DNA of 64,000 nucleotides, taken from assembly GCA_963674755.2 (NCBI GenBank), contig CAXXVS010000003.1, positions 2,272,001-2,336,000 on the forward strand, given 5' to 3'. A program made the translations under genes and the position numbers. The stretch is from Desulfobacterales bacterium. Its GTDB lineage: Bacteria > Desulfobacterota > Desulfobacteria > Desulfobacterales > UBA5852. The notes beneath the pieces are model-generated. The model did not search any database. It had not been told where the DNA came from and was given only the letters and a program-made list of their open reading frames with translations. Below, in pieces: positions 54,412-64,000 of the stretch. Numbering within the stretch: the stretch's first letter is position 1; each line of letters opens with the position of its first letter.

Positions 54412-55083
54412 TTGCGAAGACACGATATATGCGGCAAGGTGCCTGAGGCCATTTCCGCCACCGGGTACGATGCGGTGCTGGCCGAGGGCCTTATCCACGC
54501 CGCAGCTCAATGGGACCTCGAAGACATCGCGGTGCACGTCAAGGGACTGGAGCCGGCCGGCTACGATCCCAGTCCCCTGAAGGGCATGGGGCTGGCCTAC
54601 GCTACTTCCGACCGGGGGGCCTGCCACCTGCGGACCAAGTTTTACAAGCCCGAACTCAGCGGGATGATCGATCCGGGCCAGGTGGAGGGCAAGGCCGAGC
54701 TGTTCATCGACTTCGAGGACCGCCTGACCCTTTTCGACACCCTTATTTTGTGCCGGTTTTACCGGGATCTTTATCCCTGGGAGGCTCTCCGGGAGATGCT
54801 GAAGGCTCTCACCGGGATCGACGAGGATATCGCCGGCCTGCGTCGAAAGGCGGCGGCCAGCGCCACCCTCACGCGGCGCTTCAACATCCGGGAGGGTCTG
54901 ACCTCCCAGGACGACCGTCTGCCCCGCCAGCTGCATCGCCGCCTGGAAGATTCGGAGCAGGTGGTCACCGAAGAAGAGATCCATACCATGGTGCAGGACT
55001 ACTACCGGTTGCGCGGTTGGGATACATCAGGCCGACCTTTACACGAAGAAAACGCAAATAAAAAAATAGTAACTTTTTCCTGA
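54412..55083 (+). pseudogene. aldehyde:ferredoxin oxidoreductase remnant (mostly C-terminal)
   Basis: HVKGLEPAGYDP, LAYATSDRGACH, FNIREG, DRLP, YYRLRGWD; lacks most of the N-terminal and central regions. Confidence 0.8.
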
Positions 55084-55242
55084 AAGACTTTGCTCGCCAT
55101 ATACTAAGGGGATATGATACACCCGACACGCAAATCATCTTGTAAGCGTCAATAGTGGAGTTAGAACTTCTCCATGTCGGATGTTTTTTACCTCATAATA
55201 AAACTTTTCTATGCTACTTCATCGCTATAAATGGAGGCCCTG

Positions 55243-56970
55243 ATGAAACTGATCAAAGTCGATCTGACGGCGAAAACCATTCAAACCGAGGATCTCCCTT
55301 CCGCATACGAAGGACTTGGCGGTCGGGCCCTGACCTCGAACTACATCAACGACCATGTGCCCGCCGGGTGTGATCCCCTGGGCCCGGAGAATATCCTGAT
55401 CTTCGCCCCAGGCTATTTCAGCGGGACGCCCCTGGTTAACACCAGCCGGCTTTCCGTGGGCGCCAAGAGCCCCCTGACGGGCGGCATCAAGGAGAGCAAC
55501 GTGGGGGGCACGGCGGCGGCCGCTTTGGCCAACCTGGGCATTTCGGCTCTCGTGGTGGAGGGCCAGGCCCCCGAAGGGGAGTCCTGGCTGCTCAAGATCG
55601 ATGCGCAAGGGCAGGCGGCCTTGATCGATGGTGCGGACTGCCGCGGCCTGCGCACCTATGCTTTGGCGGAGAAGCTTCTCGCGGCCCACGGCCCCAAGAA
55701 CAATATCACCTGCATCGGGCCGGCGGGAGAGGATCTGCTGAGTGCGGCCTCCATCCAGACCACCGACCTGGACGACCATCCCTGCCGGGCGGCCGGACGC
55801 GGCGGCCTGGGGGCGGTCATGGGCTCCAAGGGACTCAAAGCGCTGATCGTTAGCCGTTCGGGCAAGGCCGCCGATCCTCTGGCCGATCCGGCGGCCTTCA
55901 AGGCGGCGGCCAAGGCTTACGCCCAGGCGGTCAAGGCCGACGAGTTCAGCGGCGAGATCCTGCCCGAGCTGGGCTCGGCCTGCCTGGTGGAGGCCATCAA
56001 CGAGGTGGGGGCCTTTCCGACCCGCAATGCCCGGGAGGGCCAGTTCGAGGACGCCGACAAGATCAGCGGGGAGGCCATGGCCCGCATCATTCGCGCGCGC
56101 GGCGGCAAGACCACCCACAAGGGCTGCGCCCAATGCATCATCGACTGCTCCAACGAGTATGTCGACCCCCAGGGCAACTATGTGACCTCTTCCCTGGAGT
56201 ACGAGACCATCTGGTCCATGGGCGGCATGATCGGCAACGGCGATTTGGACGCCATCGCCCGGCTCGATTTTCTCTGCGACGACATCGGGCTGGACACCAT
56301 CAGCACCGGGGTGGCCATCGCCGTGGCCATGGATGCCGGCTACAAATCCTTCGGCGACGCCCAGGCCGCCATCGCCATGGTGGAGGAAGTGGCGCAAGGC
56401 ACCGCCTTCGGCAAAATCATCGGCAGCGGGCCGGCGGCTGTGGGCAAGCACTTCAACCATGAGCGGGTGCCGGTCATGAAGGGCCAGAGCATGGCGGCCT
56501 ACGACCCCCGCGCCATCCAGGGCATGGCGGTCACCTATGCCACCTCGCCCATGGGGGGCGACCACACGGCCGGCTGGGTGGTGGATCAGAACCTGGAAGC
56601 CTTCGGCGGCACCCTCGACCGGTTTTCGGCCGAAGGGCAGGTGGAGGCCTCCCGCAACACCCAGATTCACATGGCAGCGGTGGATACGGTGGGCATCTGT
56701 GATTTTGCCCAGTCCGGCCTGGCCGCCGAGGGGGGGATGGACAACGTCTATCGGATGGTGGCCGCCAAATCCGGCCTGCCCTTCGGCGAAGACGACTGGC
56801 ATGCACTGGGGCTGCGGGTGCTGAAGGCCGAGCGGGCCTTCAACCGGCGGGCCGGCTTCACGGCGGCCGACGACCACCTGCCGCGCATGTTCTATGAAGA
56901 ACCCCTGCCGCCCCACAACAAGGTGGTGGTCATCAGTCCGGAGGAGCTTGAAAATACCTTTGATTTCTAA
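55243..56970 (+). CDS. aor: tungsten-type aldehyde:ferredoxin oxidoreductase
   Basis: GLGGR, KSPLTGGIKES, GRGGLGAVMGSK, CAQC..DC, EYET, CDDIGLDT, YDPR. Confidence 0.92.
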   Translation: MKLIKVDLTAKTIQTEDLPSAYEGLGGRALTSNYINDHVPAGCDPLGPENILIFAPGYFSGTPLVNTSRLSVGAKSPLTGGIKESNVGGTAAAALANLGISALVVEGQAPEGESWLLKIDAQGQAALIDGADCRGLRTYALAEKLLAAHGPKNNITCIGPAGEDLLSAASIQTTDLDDHPCRAAGRGGLGAVMGSKGLKALIVSRSGKAADPLADPAAFKAAAKAYAQAVKADEFSGEILPELGSACLVEAINEVGAFPTRNAREGQFEDADKISGEAMARIIRARGGKTTHKGCAQCIIDCSNEYVDPQGNYVTSSLEYETIWSMGGMIGNGDLDAIARLDFLCDDIGLDTISTGVAIAVAMDAGYKSFGDAQAAIAMVEEVAQGTAFGKIIGSGPAAVGKHFNHERVPVMKGQSMAAYDPRAIQGMAVTYATSPMGGDHTAGWVVDQNLEAFGGTLDRFSAEGQVEASRNTQIHMAAVDTVGICDFAQSGLAAEGGMDNVYRMVAAKSGLPFGEDDWHALGLRVLKAERAFNRRAGFTAADDHLPRMFYEEPLPPHNKVVVISPEELENTFDF

Positions 56971-56981
56971 AAGGAGGCATA

Positions 56982-59645
56982 GTGCAAAAAGTCACATTGA
57001 AGATTAACGGCTGCTCACGGCAGGTGGTGGCCGATCAGGACATGGTGCTCCTGGATCTGCTGCGTGAGCATTTTCATCTGACAGGCACCAAGCAGTCCTG
57101 CGACCGTAAAGGGCAGTGCGGGGCCTGTACAGTGATTGTGAACGGCAAGGCGGTGCTGTCCTGCCTGACCAAGGTGGCCAAGCTCGACGGCGCGGAGGTC
57201 ATCAGCGTGGAGGGGCTGGGCACGCCGGACAATCCCCACCTGATCCAGGAGGCCTTTGTGCTGGCGGGCGCCATCCAGTGCGGCTACTGCACGCCCGGCA
57301 TGATCATGGCGGCCAAGGCGCTGTTGGACGGGAATCCGGATCCCACGGATGATGAGATCAAACACGGCCTGCGGCGCAATCTGTGCCGGTGTACGGGGTA
57401 TGCCAAGCTCATCGATGCGGTGCGGCTGGCCGGCCGTTTCCTGCGAGGGGAGATCACTCCCGCCGCGATTCGTCCCAAGGTCACCGATGCCAAGATGGGG
57501 GTCTCCCACCCGCGGCCCTCGGCCCTGGCCAAGGCCTGCGGTACGGCCCCGTTCGCGGCCGACATCCAAATGCCCGGGGCCGCCGAGATCGCCGTGGTGC
57601 GAAGCCCCCATTTCCATGCGGCCATCAAATCCATCGACTGCACGGCGGCCGAGGCCATGCCCGGCGTGATCGGTACCCTGACGGCCAAGGATATCAAGGG
57701 CACCAACCGCCTGAAATACATTGTGGAGGACCGGCCGATTCTGTGCGAGGACCGCGTGCGCACCCTGGGCGACGCCGTGGCCGTGGTGGTGGCCGAGACC
57801 CGCGAGCAGGCCCAAGCCGCCGCCCAGGCGGTGAAGGTGGACTACGCGCCGCTGCCCGAACTGCGCAGCCCGGCCCAGTCCCTGGCGCCGGATGCGCCCC
57901 AGATCCATCCGGACCGGCCGAACCTGTGCTTCCGCCAGCCGGTGATCAAGGGGGACGCGGATGCCGCTTTCGCATCGGCCGCGGCCGTGGTGGAACACCG
58001 TTTCACCACCCAGATCAACCACCAGGCGCCCATGGAACCGGAAAACAGCGTCGCCTTCATGGAAGGCGAGGGCGAGGATGCCGAGCTGGTGGTCATGGGG
58101 CGCAGCATCAACATCCACCTGCACATGGCCACCCTCCAGGCAGCCCTGGGATTCGAGAACATCCGTTATGAGGAAACCTTTTCCGGCGGTCAGTTCGGCA
58201 TCAAGCTGGAGATCTTCACCGAGGGGATCGCCGCGGCCGCGGCCCTGAAGTTCAAGCAGCCGGTGCGCTACATCCCCAGCCTGGCCGAATCCATGCTGAT
58301 CACCTCCAAGCGCCACCCCTTCGACATGCAGATCAAACTGGGGGCCGACACCGACGGGAAGATTACGGCGCTATCCATGGATATCACCGTGGACAACGGG
58401 GCCTATCACTCCATTGGCAACGTGATCATCAACCGCGCCTTGCACATGCTCTCCAGCTCTTACTACATTCCCAACATCAAGGTGGCCTCCCAGCTGGTGT
58501 ACACCAACAACCCGTGGGGCAGCGCGGCCCGCGGGGCCGGTCCGCCCCAGGCGCACTACGCCCTGGAATGCGCGGTGGACATGCTGGCGGAAAAACTGGC
58601 CATGGACCCGTTGGCCCTGCGCAAACGCAATTCACTCCAACCGGGACAGACCAAGGCCACCGGTCATGTGATCGATGAGTGGGCCTTCGAAGGATTATGT
58701 GAGGCGATCCAACCCGCTTACGCGCGTGCCGTGGCCGATGCGGCCCAGGCTGCTGACGGGCCGCTCAAACGCGGTATCGGCCTGGGGGCGGCGGCCTTCG
58801 GCATCGCCTTTCCGGGGGACAAATCCATCAGCGCGGTGGAACTGGAGCCCGACGATGGCGTGACGGTCTATGCCGCCGCGGCCGACCCCGGGGAGGGCAA
58901 CGATGCCATGCTCACCCAGTTGGCCGCCCAGGTGCTGGACCTGCCCCTGGACCGGGTGCGGGCCGACACCCGCCGCACCGACCGTACGGCCGCCAGCGGG
59001 CCGGCCTCGGGCAGCCGGGTGACCTTCATGATCGGCGGGGCCACGGTGGATGCTTTAAAGCAGCTCCGGCAGGCCATGGACGAAGTGGGGGCCAAGACCC
59101 ATGCAGCCTTTGTGGCCGCCGGCCGGCCGACGCGCTATGTGGGGCATAAAGCGGTGACGAATACCGCGCCCCTGGATCCGGAGACCGGGCAAGGCCCCTC
59201 CTCGGACTCGGACGTGCACGCCATTCAGCTGGCCGAGGTGGAGGTGAACACCGAAAGCGGCGAGGTGCGGGTGTTGAAGATGACCGCGGCGGTGGACGCC
59301 GGTCCGGTCATCAACCCCAACAACCTTGAGGGGCAGATGCAGGGCGGCATGGACATGGGGGTGGGCTATGCCTTGCGGGAGAAGTATATCGCCGGAGAGA
59401 CCACGGATTGGCGTACCTTCCGGTTTCCGACCATGAAAACCGCTTTTGATACAGCCGTGATCACCCGGGAGACGCCGCGCAAACGGGGTACCCTGGGGTC
59501 CACCGGCGTCGGCGAGATGGCCATGGTCTCCACGGCGCCGGCCGTGATCAACGCCATCTATAACGCCTGCGGGGTCTGGGTCAGCGATCTGCCCGCCACG
59601 CCGGACAAGATCAAAGCCGCTCTACAGGCCCGCGGGAAGGGATGA
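56982..59645 (+). CDS. second Mop/xanthine-oxidase-family molybdoenzyme
   Basis: SCDRKGQCGAC, QCGYC, CRCTGY, GGQFG, ARGAG, GVGEM. Confidence 0.9.
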   Translation: MQKVTLKINGCSRQVVADQDMVLLDLLREHFHLTGTKQSCDRKGQCGACTVIVNGKAVLSCLTKVAKLDGAEVISVEGLGTPDNPHLIQEAFVLAGAIQCGYCTPGMIMAAKALLDGNPDPTDDEIKHGLRRNLCRCTGYAKLIDAVRLAGRFLRGEITPAAIRPKVTDAKMGVSHPRPSALAKACGTAPFAADIQMPGAAEIAVVRSPHFHAAIKSIDCTAAEAMPGVIGTLTAKDIKGTNRLKYIVEDRPILCEDRVRTLGDAVAVVVAETREQAQAAAQAVKVDYAPLPELRSPAQSLAPDAPQIHPDRPNLCFRQPVIKGDADAAFASAAAVVEHRFTTQINHQAPMEPENSVAFMEGEGEDAELVVMGRSINIHLHMATLQAALGFENIRYEETFSGGQFGIKLEIFTEGIAAAAALKFKQPVRYIPSLAESMLITSKRHPFDMQIKLGADTDGKITALSMDITVDNGAYHSIGNVIINRALHMLSSSYYIPNIKVASQLVYTNNPWGSAARGAGPPQAHYALECAVDMLAEKLAMDPLALRKRNSLQPGQTKATGHVIDEWAFEGLCEAIQPAYARAVADAAQAADGPLKRGIGLGAAAFGIAFPGDKSISAVELEPDDGVTVYAAAADPGEGNDAMLTQLAAQVLDLPLDRVRADTRRTDRTAASGPASGSRVTFMIGGATVDALKQLRQAMDEVGAKTHAAFVAAGRPTRYVGHKAVTNTAPLDPETGQGPSSDSDVHAIQLAEVEVNTESGEVRVLKMTAAVDAGPVINPNNLEGQMQGGMDMGVGYALREKYIAGETTDWRTFRFPTMKTAFDTAVITRETPRKRGTLGSTGVGEMAMVSTAPAVINAIYNACGVWVSDLPATPDKIKAALQARGKG

Positions 59646-60008
59646 ATGCACGCCGACGACCAGGGCCTTCCGGCCGATCAGGGACGGGACCGGCGGCTGC
59701 GCCGCATTGCCGGGCAGGACGTCTACGTCGACTGGGAGGATTTCCTGTGGGACCCCCAGGATTGGAGTGAGGCGATGGCCCTGGCCCTGGCCCGCGAGAG
59801 CGGGATGGACGGCCTCGACGACGCCCACTGGCGGGTGATCCGGTTCATGCGCGGGTTTTACTTTTATCATGGCCGGGCGCCCATGAACAAAGACCTGCGT
59901 AAAGGCACCGGGATGAGCCTGATGGCCCTGAAGGCCTTGTTTCCCCAGGGGATCCGCCAAGGTGCCCGGCGTCTGGCGGGGCTGCCCAATCCCAAGGCCT
60001 GTCTCTGA
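59646..60008 (+). CDS. TusE/DsrC-family sulfur carrier with a single C-terminal Cys
   Basis: DWSEAMA..LA, HWRVIRFMR.FY, LFP.G...GARRLAGLPNPKACL; second DsrC Cys absent. Confidence 0.88.
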   Translation: MHADDQGLPADQGRDRRLRRIAGQDVYVDWEDFLWDPQDWSEAMALALARESGMDGLDDAHWRVIRFMRGFYFYHGRAPMNKDLRKGTGMSLMALKALFPQGIRQGARRLAGLPNPKACL

Positions 60009-60106
60009 GCCTGGCCACCCAAGGCCGGTGGATGCCAGGAAAGAGGGTGCTTCGCCCGGGACGCTCCGGTCCGGGGGACATCAAGGCACGCAAGAGGGGA
60101 ACACGT

Positions 60107-61255
60107 GTGATTTATCTGGACAATGCGGCCACCACCTTTCCCAAGCCCCGTGGTCTGCTGGACCGGATGGTGGCGGACTATGCCGCGATCGGTGTTTCGC
60201 CGGGCCGGGGCAGCTATGATATGGCCATGGCCGCCGAGGATGTGATCCACGCCGCGCGTACCAAGTTGGCCGCCTTTTTTGGCGCGCCTGATCCCCGACA
60301 CGTGATTTTTACGTCCAATGCCACAGACGCTTTGAACCTGGCCCTGATGGGCTCCCTCAAGGCCGGCGACCACGTCGTCACCACCCGCCTGGAGCACAAC
60401 GCCGTGCTGCGGCCCCTATATCACCTGCAGCGGAAGGGCGACATCACCCTGAGCCTCGTGCCCTTCGGCGGTAAGGGCTTCATCGATCCGGACGACATTG
60501 CCCGGGCCATCCGGCCGGAAACCCGGCTGGTGGTGGTCAATCATGCCTCCAATGTGCTGGGAACGGTCCAGCCGGTGGCAGCCGTGGGCGCGATCTGCGC
60601 GGAACGCGGGGTGGCCCTGTTGGTGGATGCCTCCCAGAGCGCCGGTCAGGTGCCTGTTGACATGGCGGCCTTGCAGGCTTCGGCCGTGGCCTTCACCGGC
60701 CACAAATCCCTCTACGGACCGACCGGCACCGGTGGATTGATCCTGCACCCGGATTTCGAGGTGCGCTCCACGCGTTTCGGGGGGACCGGCATCGAATCCC
60801 GCAGCCCGGTCCATACCCAGGATTTCCCCTACCGTCTGGAAGCCGGCACCTCCAACCTGATGGGCATCATCGGCCTTGCCCTGGCTGTCGATGATCTGCT
60901 CGATACAGGTTTGGAGGCCATACGCCGGCAGGAGATGGCGCTGACCCGCCGTTTGGTAGACGGACTGCGCTGCCTAAAGGGGGTCCGGCTATATGGGGCC
61001 GAAGACCTGGATCGCCATCTGGCCGTCATCGCGGCCAATGTCGAGGGGATCGCGCCGGAGGACGTGGGGGCCATTCTCGATGCGGACTTCGACATCGCCG
61101 TGCGGGTGGGGCTGCACTGCGCTCCGTTGGTGCATGCGGACCTGGGTACTGACGAACGGGGCGCCGTGCGCTTCAGTCTGGGACGCTATAATACGGCCGA
61201 CGAGATCGATCAGGCCATTAACGGCATGGCCGCCATTGCCGGACACGCCCGTTAG
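60107..61255 (+). CDS. cysteine desulfurase-like class V PLP enzyme
   Basis: YLDNAATTFPKP, EHN, HASNV, DASQ, GHKSLYGP, RVGLHCAP. Confidence 0.92.
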   Translation: MIYLDNAATTFPKPRGLLDRMVADYAAIGVSPGRGSYDMAMAAEDVIHAARTKLAAFFGAPDPRHVIFTSNATDALNLALMGSLKAGDHVVTTRLEHNAVLRPLYHLQRKGDITLSLVPFGGKGFIDPDDIARAIRPETRLVVVNHASNVLGTVQPVAAVGAICAERGVALLVDASQSAGQVPVDMAALQASAVAFTGHKSLYGPTGTGGLILHPDFEVRSTRFGGTGIESRSPVHTQDFPYRLEAGTSNLMGIIGLALAVDDLLDTGLEAIRRQEMALTRRLVDGLRCLKGVRLYGAEDLDRHLAVIAANVEGIAPEDVGAILDADFDIAVRVGLHCAPLVHADLGTDERGAVRFSLGRYNTADEIDQAINGMAAIAGHAR

Positions 61256-61489
61256 CGGTCGTCGTTCTCCATCAGCAATAGGGAGGCAAAGCAAACTGCG
61301 CAGTTCACGGCAGGCTTCTTATTGCTTTGACTACCTGCTTCCCAATTTGTTATCACTGATTGCATAATTTACTGGATGTAAGAGAAGGTCGCTTTCTGCG
61401 GTTCCAGCTCGAGGTAGTTAAAATCTGCCCGTATGAAATCGACGATCGTGGTTTTGGTGCAAACCTATGACATCATAGGCCTGCATATA

Positions 61490-63271
61490 ATGAAAAAGGA
61501 ATCAAATATATTTATGAAAGAATTTGATAAAAATGCATATTTTGCTGCTTTTGATGTGATGCAAAGCTGTGTGGTATTTTTTGATAAGAATCTAAGGGTA
61601 TTATATGCGAACCCTTTTTTTGCCGAATTCTCAGGATTGTCTGTATCAGCGATAAAAGGTTGTAAGTTTAATGATATATTTCAAATTGATTACAATAAAA
61701 TAAATCAAATATGTAATAAATTAAAAAGTAATTATCATGAAGAAATTGATAATTATTTACATACTAAAAATAATACAAAAATATTTATAAAATTATTTTT
61801 TAAGATGATTATGTTGAAAACCGATAAGATTTATTTATGTTCTTTTCGTGATATAAATAGGGAAAAAAAGTTAGAATATGAACTTATCGAAAGTAAACGA
61901 ATGCTCAATACTTTAATGAGCAATGTATCGGGAATGGTTTATCGTTGTCATAATGATAGAGACTGGACAATGGAGTTCGTAAGTGAAGGCTGTGAAAAAT
62001 TAACTGGCTATTCTTCTAAACAGTTGACTAATGGTAGTATTACATTCAGAAAAATTATCCATCCGGAAGATATTGATGATAATTGGTATGAGATTCAGAA
62101 AGCTTTAGCAAGCAATAAACCTTATAGGACAGTTTTTCGTGTTATAACTGCATCTGGTGATGAGAAATGGGTACTAGAACAAGGGGTTGGTATATATAAT
62201 AAAAGTAATAAATTAAAATTTTTAGAAGGATTTTTAACTGATGTTACTGAGCAGAAAAAATTGGAAAATCGTTTGCTTTGGGAAAATAAGGTGCTGAGAT
62301 CCAAGGTTAATCAAACGTCGATTAATTTAGGAAATATTATAGGCCAAAGCGATGCGATGCAACAAGTTTATAATCTGATTATACAAGCTGCTGCATCAAA
62401 AGCACCTGTCATAGTTTATGGAGAATCGGGTACGGGAAAAGAATTAGTCGCCAAGGCAATTCATGAATTGAGCGAAAGAAGAGACAGCGCATTCGTGGCT
62501 GTAAATTGCGCTGCTATTCCTGAAAATTTGATAGAAAGCGAATTCTTTGGTTATAAGAAGGGCGCTTTTTCTGGCGCTTCCAGTAACAAGCCAGGTTACA
62601 TGGAACTTGCTAACAATGGAACACTTTTTTTAGATGAGATTGGTGAGATTAGTACATATATGCAGGCTAAACTTTTGCGTGCATTAGAGGGGAGTGGGTA
62701 TATCCCAATCGGAGGATCAAAACCAAAAATACCAGATATAAGGATTATTTCAGCGACAAATAGGGATTTGTTGCAATTGGTAAAAGATGGGCTTTTCCGT
62801 AAAGATTTTTTTTATAGGATAAATGTTTTACCCATTGAATTGCCGCCGCTACGAGAAAGAAGGGCAGATATCCTTTTATTAATAAGCCATTTCATTAAAA
62901 AGTTTAGTAAAAATGAAAATAGAGATTTGTTACCATTGAATTTAATAAATATGTTACAAAATTACAACTGGCCAGGCAACGTTCGAGAATTGCAAAATGT
63001 GATTCAGAGATATATTACGACCGGAAAGGTTGCGTTTATTGAAAAATATTCTGATGAAAAAAATTTGCGGAATATAAACAAAATCGAAAATGATGAAAAA
63101 GTTGCTACAATAGAAAACAGTTTAAAACAATCGATTGATGAATATGAAAAAAGAGCTATTCAAAACACATTAACAAGATACAATTGGCACAGAGGAAAAA
63201 CATCTATAGCACTTGGTATCGACTATAGGACCTTAACAAGAAAGATCAAGAAATATGAGTTAGATGCGTAA
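61490..63271 (+). CDS. sigma-54-dependent activator (PAS-PAS-AAA+-HTH)
   Basis: Two PAS domains, GESGTGKE, GAFSGA variant, WPGNVREL, Fis HTH; start uncertain (61433/61490/61514). Confidence 0.92.
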   Translation: MKKESNIFMKEFDKNAYFAAFDVMQSCVVFFDKNLRVLYANPFFAEFSGLSVSAIKGCKFNDIFQIDYNKINQICNKLKSNYHEEIDNYLHTKNNTKIFIKLFFKMIMLKTDKIYLCSFRDINREKKLEYELIESKRMLNTLMSNVSGMVYRCHNDRDWTMEFVSEGCEKLTGYSSKQLTNGSITFRKIIHPEDIDDNWYEIQKALASNKPYRTVFRVITASGDEKWVLEQGVGIYNKSNKLKFLEGFLTDVTEQKKLENRLLWENKVLRSKVNQTSINLGNIIGQSDAMQQVYNLIIQAAASKAPVIVYGESGTGKELVAKAIHELSERRDSAFVAVNCAAIPENLIESEFFGYKKGAFSGASSNKPGYMELANNGTLFLDEIGEISTYMQAKLLRALEGSGYIPIGGSKPKIPDIRIISATNRDLLQLVKDGLFRKDFFYRINVLPIELPPLRERRADILLLISHFIKKFSKNENRDLLPLNLINMLQNYNWPGNVRELQNVIQRYITTGKVAFIEKYSDEKNLRNINKIENDEKVATIENSLKQSIDEYEKRAIQNTLTRYNWHRGKTSIALGIDYRTLTRKIKKYELDA

Positions 63272-63422
63272 TTAACGGAATATGGAGAATAGCACGTAAT
63301 CCGTAATGTTAAAGTGGAAAAGTTAAGATCTTCCCGGACAATTTGAATTAAGCATCACCGCCAGCTGATAGTGGCTGGGAGTGACGCACGATCGTCCTCT
63401 CAGGTATCGTCCAGTCCTTCTA

Positions 63423-63758
63423 CATGTCGTCCTCCAATTCCAAATGGCCCATGCCGGTGTTCGTTCCATGCCGGTAGGCGACGATACGGGTTGCCCCTGT
63501 GTCTGCCCTCGATGCATAAACCGTCCGATCGATGCGGAGACTTCGGAATTGCGAACAATCCGGCGATGGCCCAGCGATTCGGATCGATAGGCTTGGAGCC
63601 CGGGGCAGGCCTTGATGATGGCTTCGGGGTAGAAAACAACCGGGCCGCTTTCCGTGCCGAACGCTGTGGGAAAATGGCATCCAGGAGTTGATTTTTTATC
63701 TGAAACATCATGTGTGTTGTGTTCATGGATCCCCCCTCTTTTTTTTCGGGTTGTTCGA
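63423..63758 (-). repeat. ~335-bp direct repeat, right copy (gene 5' remnant, possibly alpha/beta hydrolase)
   Basis: Matches 35186-35520; minus strand reads MNTTHMMFQIKNQLLDAIFPQRSARKAARLFSTP... Confidence 0.92.
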
Positions 63759-63841
63759 TGGCGTTAGTTTATTTTGTCATATGTCAACTGACATATTAAG
63801 GTAAGTAGGTTAGGTTATGATGATCCCATTTCAAGAAAAGA

Positions 63842-64000
63842 ATGGCGAGGCAGACCAAGCGATACGCAAAAGATCACAGGGAAAACACTTATAAACGCAT
63901 CGTGGAGGTTGCATCACAGCGCTTCTGAAAAGACGGCATTCAAGGGGATGAGGTGTTGAAAGATGGGATTGAAGCGGCCCTTGCACTGGCTGGTATTTCA
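63842..64000 (+). pseudogene. TetR-family regulator remnant
   Basis: RYAKDHRENTYKRIVEVASQRF*KDGI (in-frame TGA at 63926) runs directly into C-terminal-like DEVLKDGIEAALALAG. Confidence 0.65.

Noticed and set aside
59646..60008. Call as true dsrC
   Set aside because: Only the terminal Cys is present and there is no dsrAB context

Overview
GC-rich chromosome segment whose gene content (Mop, AOR, TusE/DsrC-like, several sigma-54 activators) suggests an anaerobic Desulfobacterota-like host; this assignment is inference. (1) 1-20.7 kb is host-like: purF, an MFS transporter, glutamine-dependent nadE, a polyamine ABC operon carrying a PuuB-like oxidase and an amidohydrolase, a CBS protein, an Fe3+/AfuABC-type ABC transporter and a divergent diadenylate-cyclase-like ORF, interspersed with a palindromic repeat family. 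(2) 20.85-35.0 kb is an accessory region with integron attC sites but no recognisable integrase. It holds a SIR2-like cassette and an AT-rich operon: 3-TM protein, unannotated Pro-rich peptide, CHAT protease fused to a Clp-N domain, and Ser/Thr kinase-TPR. That operon is the best candidate here for an undescribed defence/conflict system. The region also has an IS110 interrupted by an IS21, a LysR/SDR pair, IS66 and RAYT-like remnants, and a UPF0158 cassette. (3) 35.2-63.8 kb is a ~28 kb compositionally mosaic, sigma-54-controlled catabolic island between ~335-bp direct repeats: gabT-gdhA-P-II, a GlcD-like/CCG/ETF/membrane Fe-S/NCS1 module, and two Mo-type plus one W-type aldehyde oxidoreductase with TusE-like and cysteine desulfurase genes. 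I recognised no rRNA, tRNA or CRISPR array. All calls come from reading motifs by eye; no searches were run.
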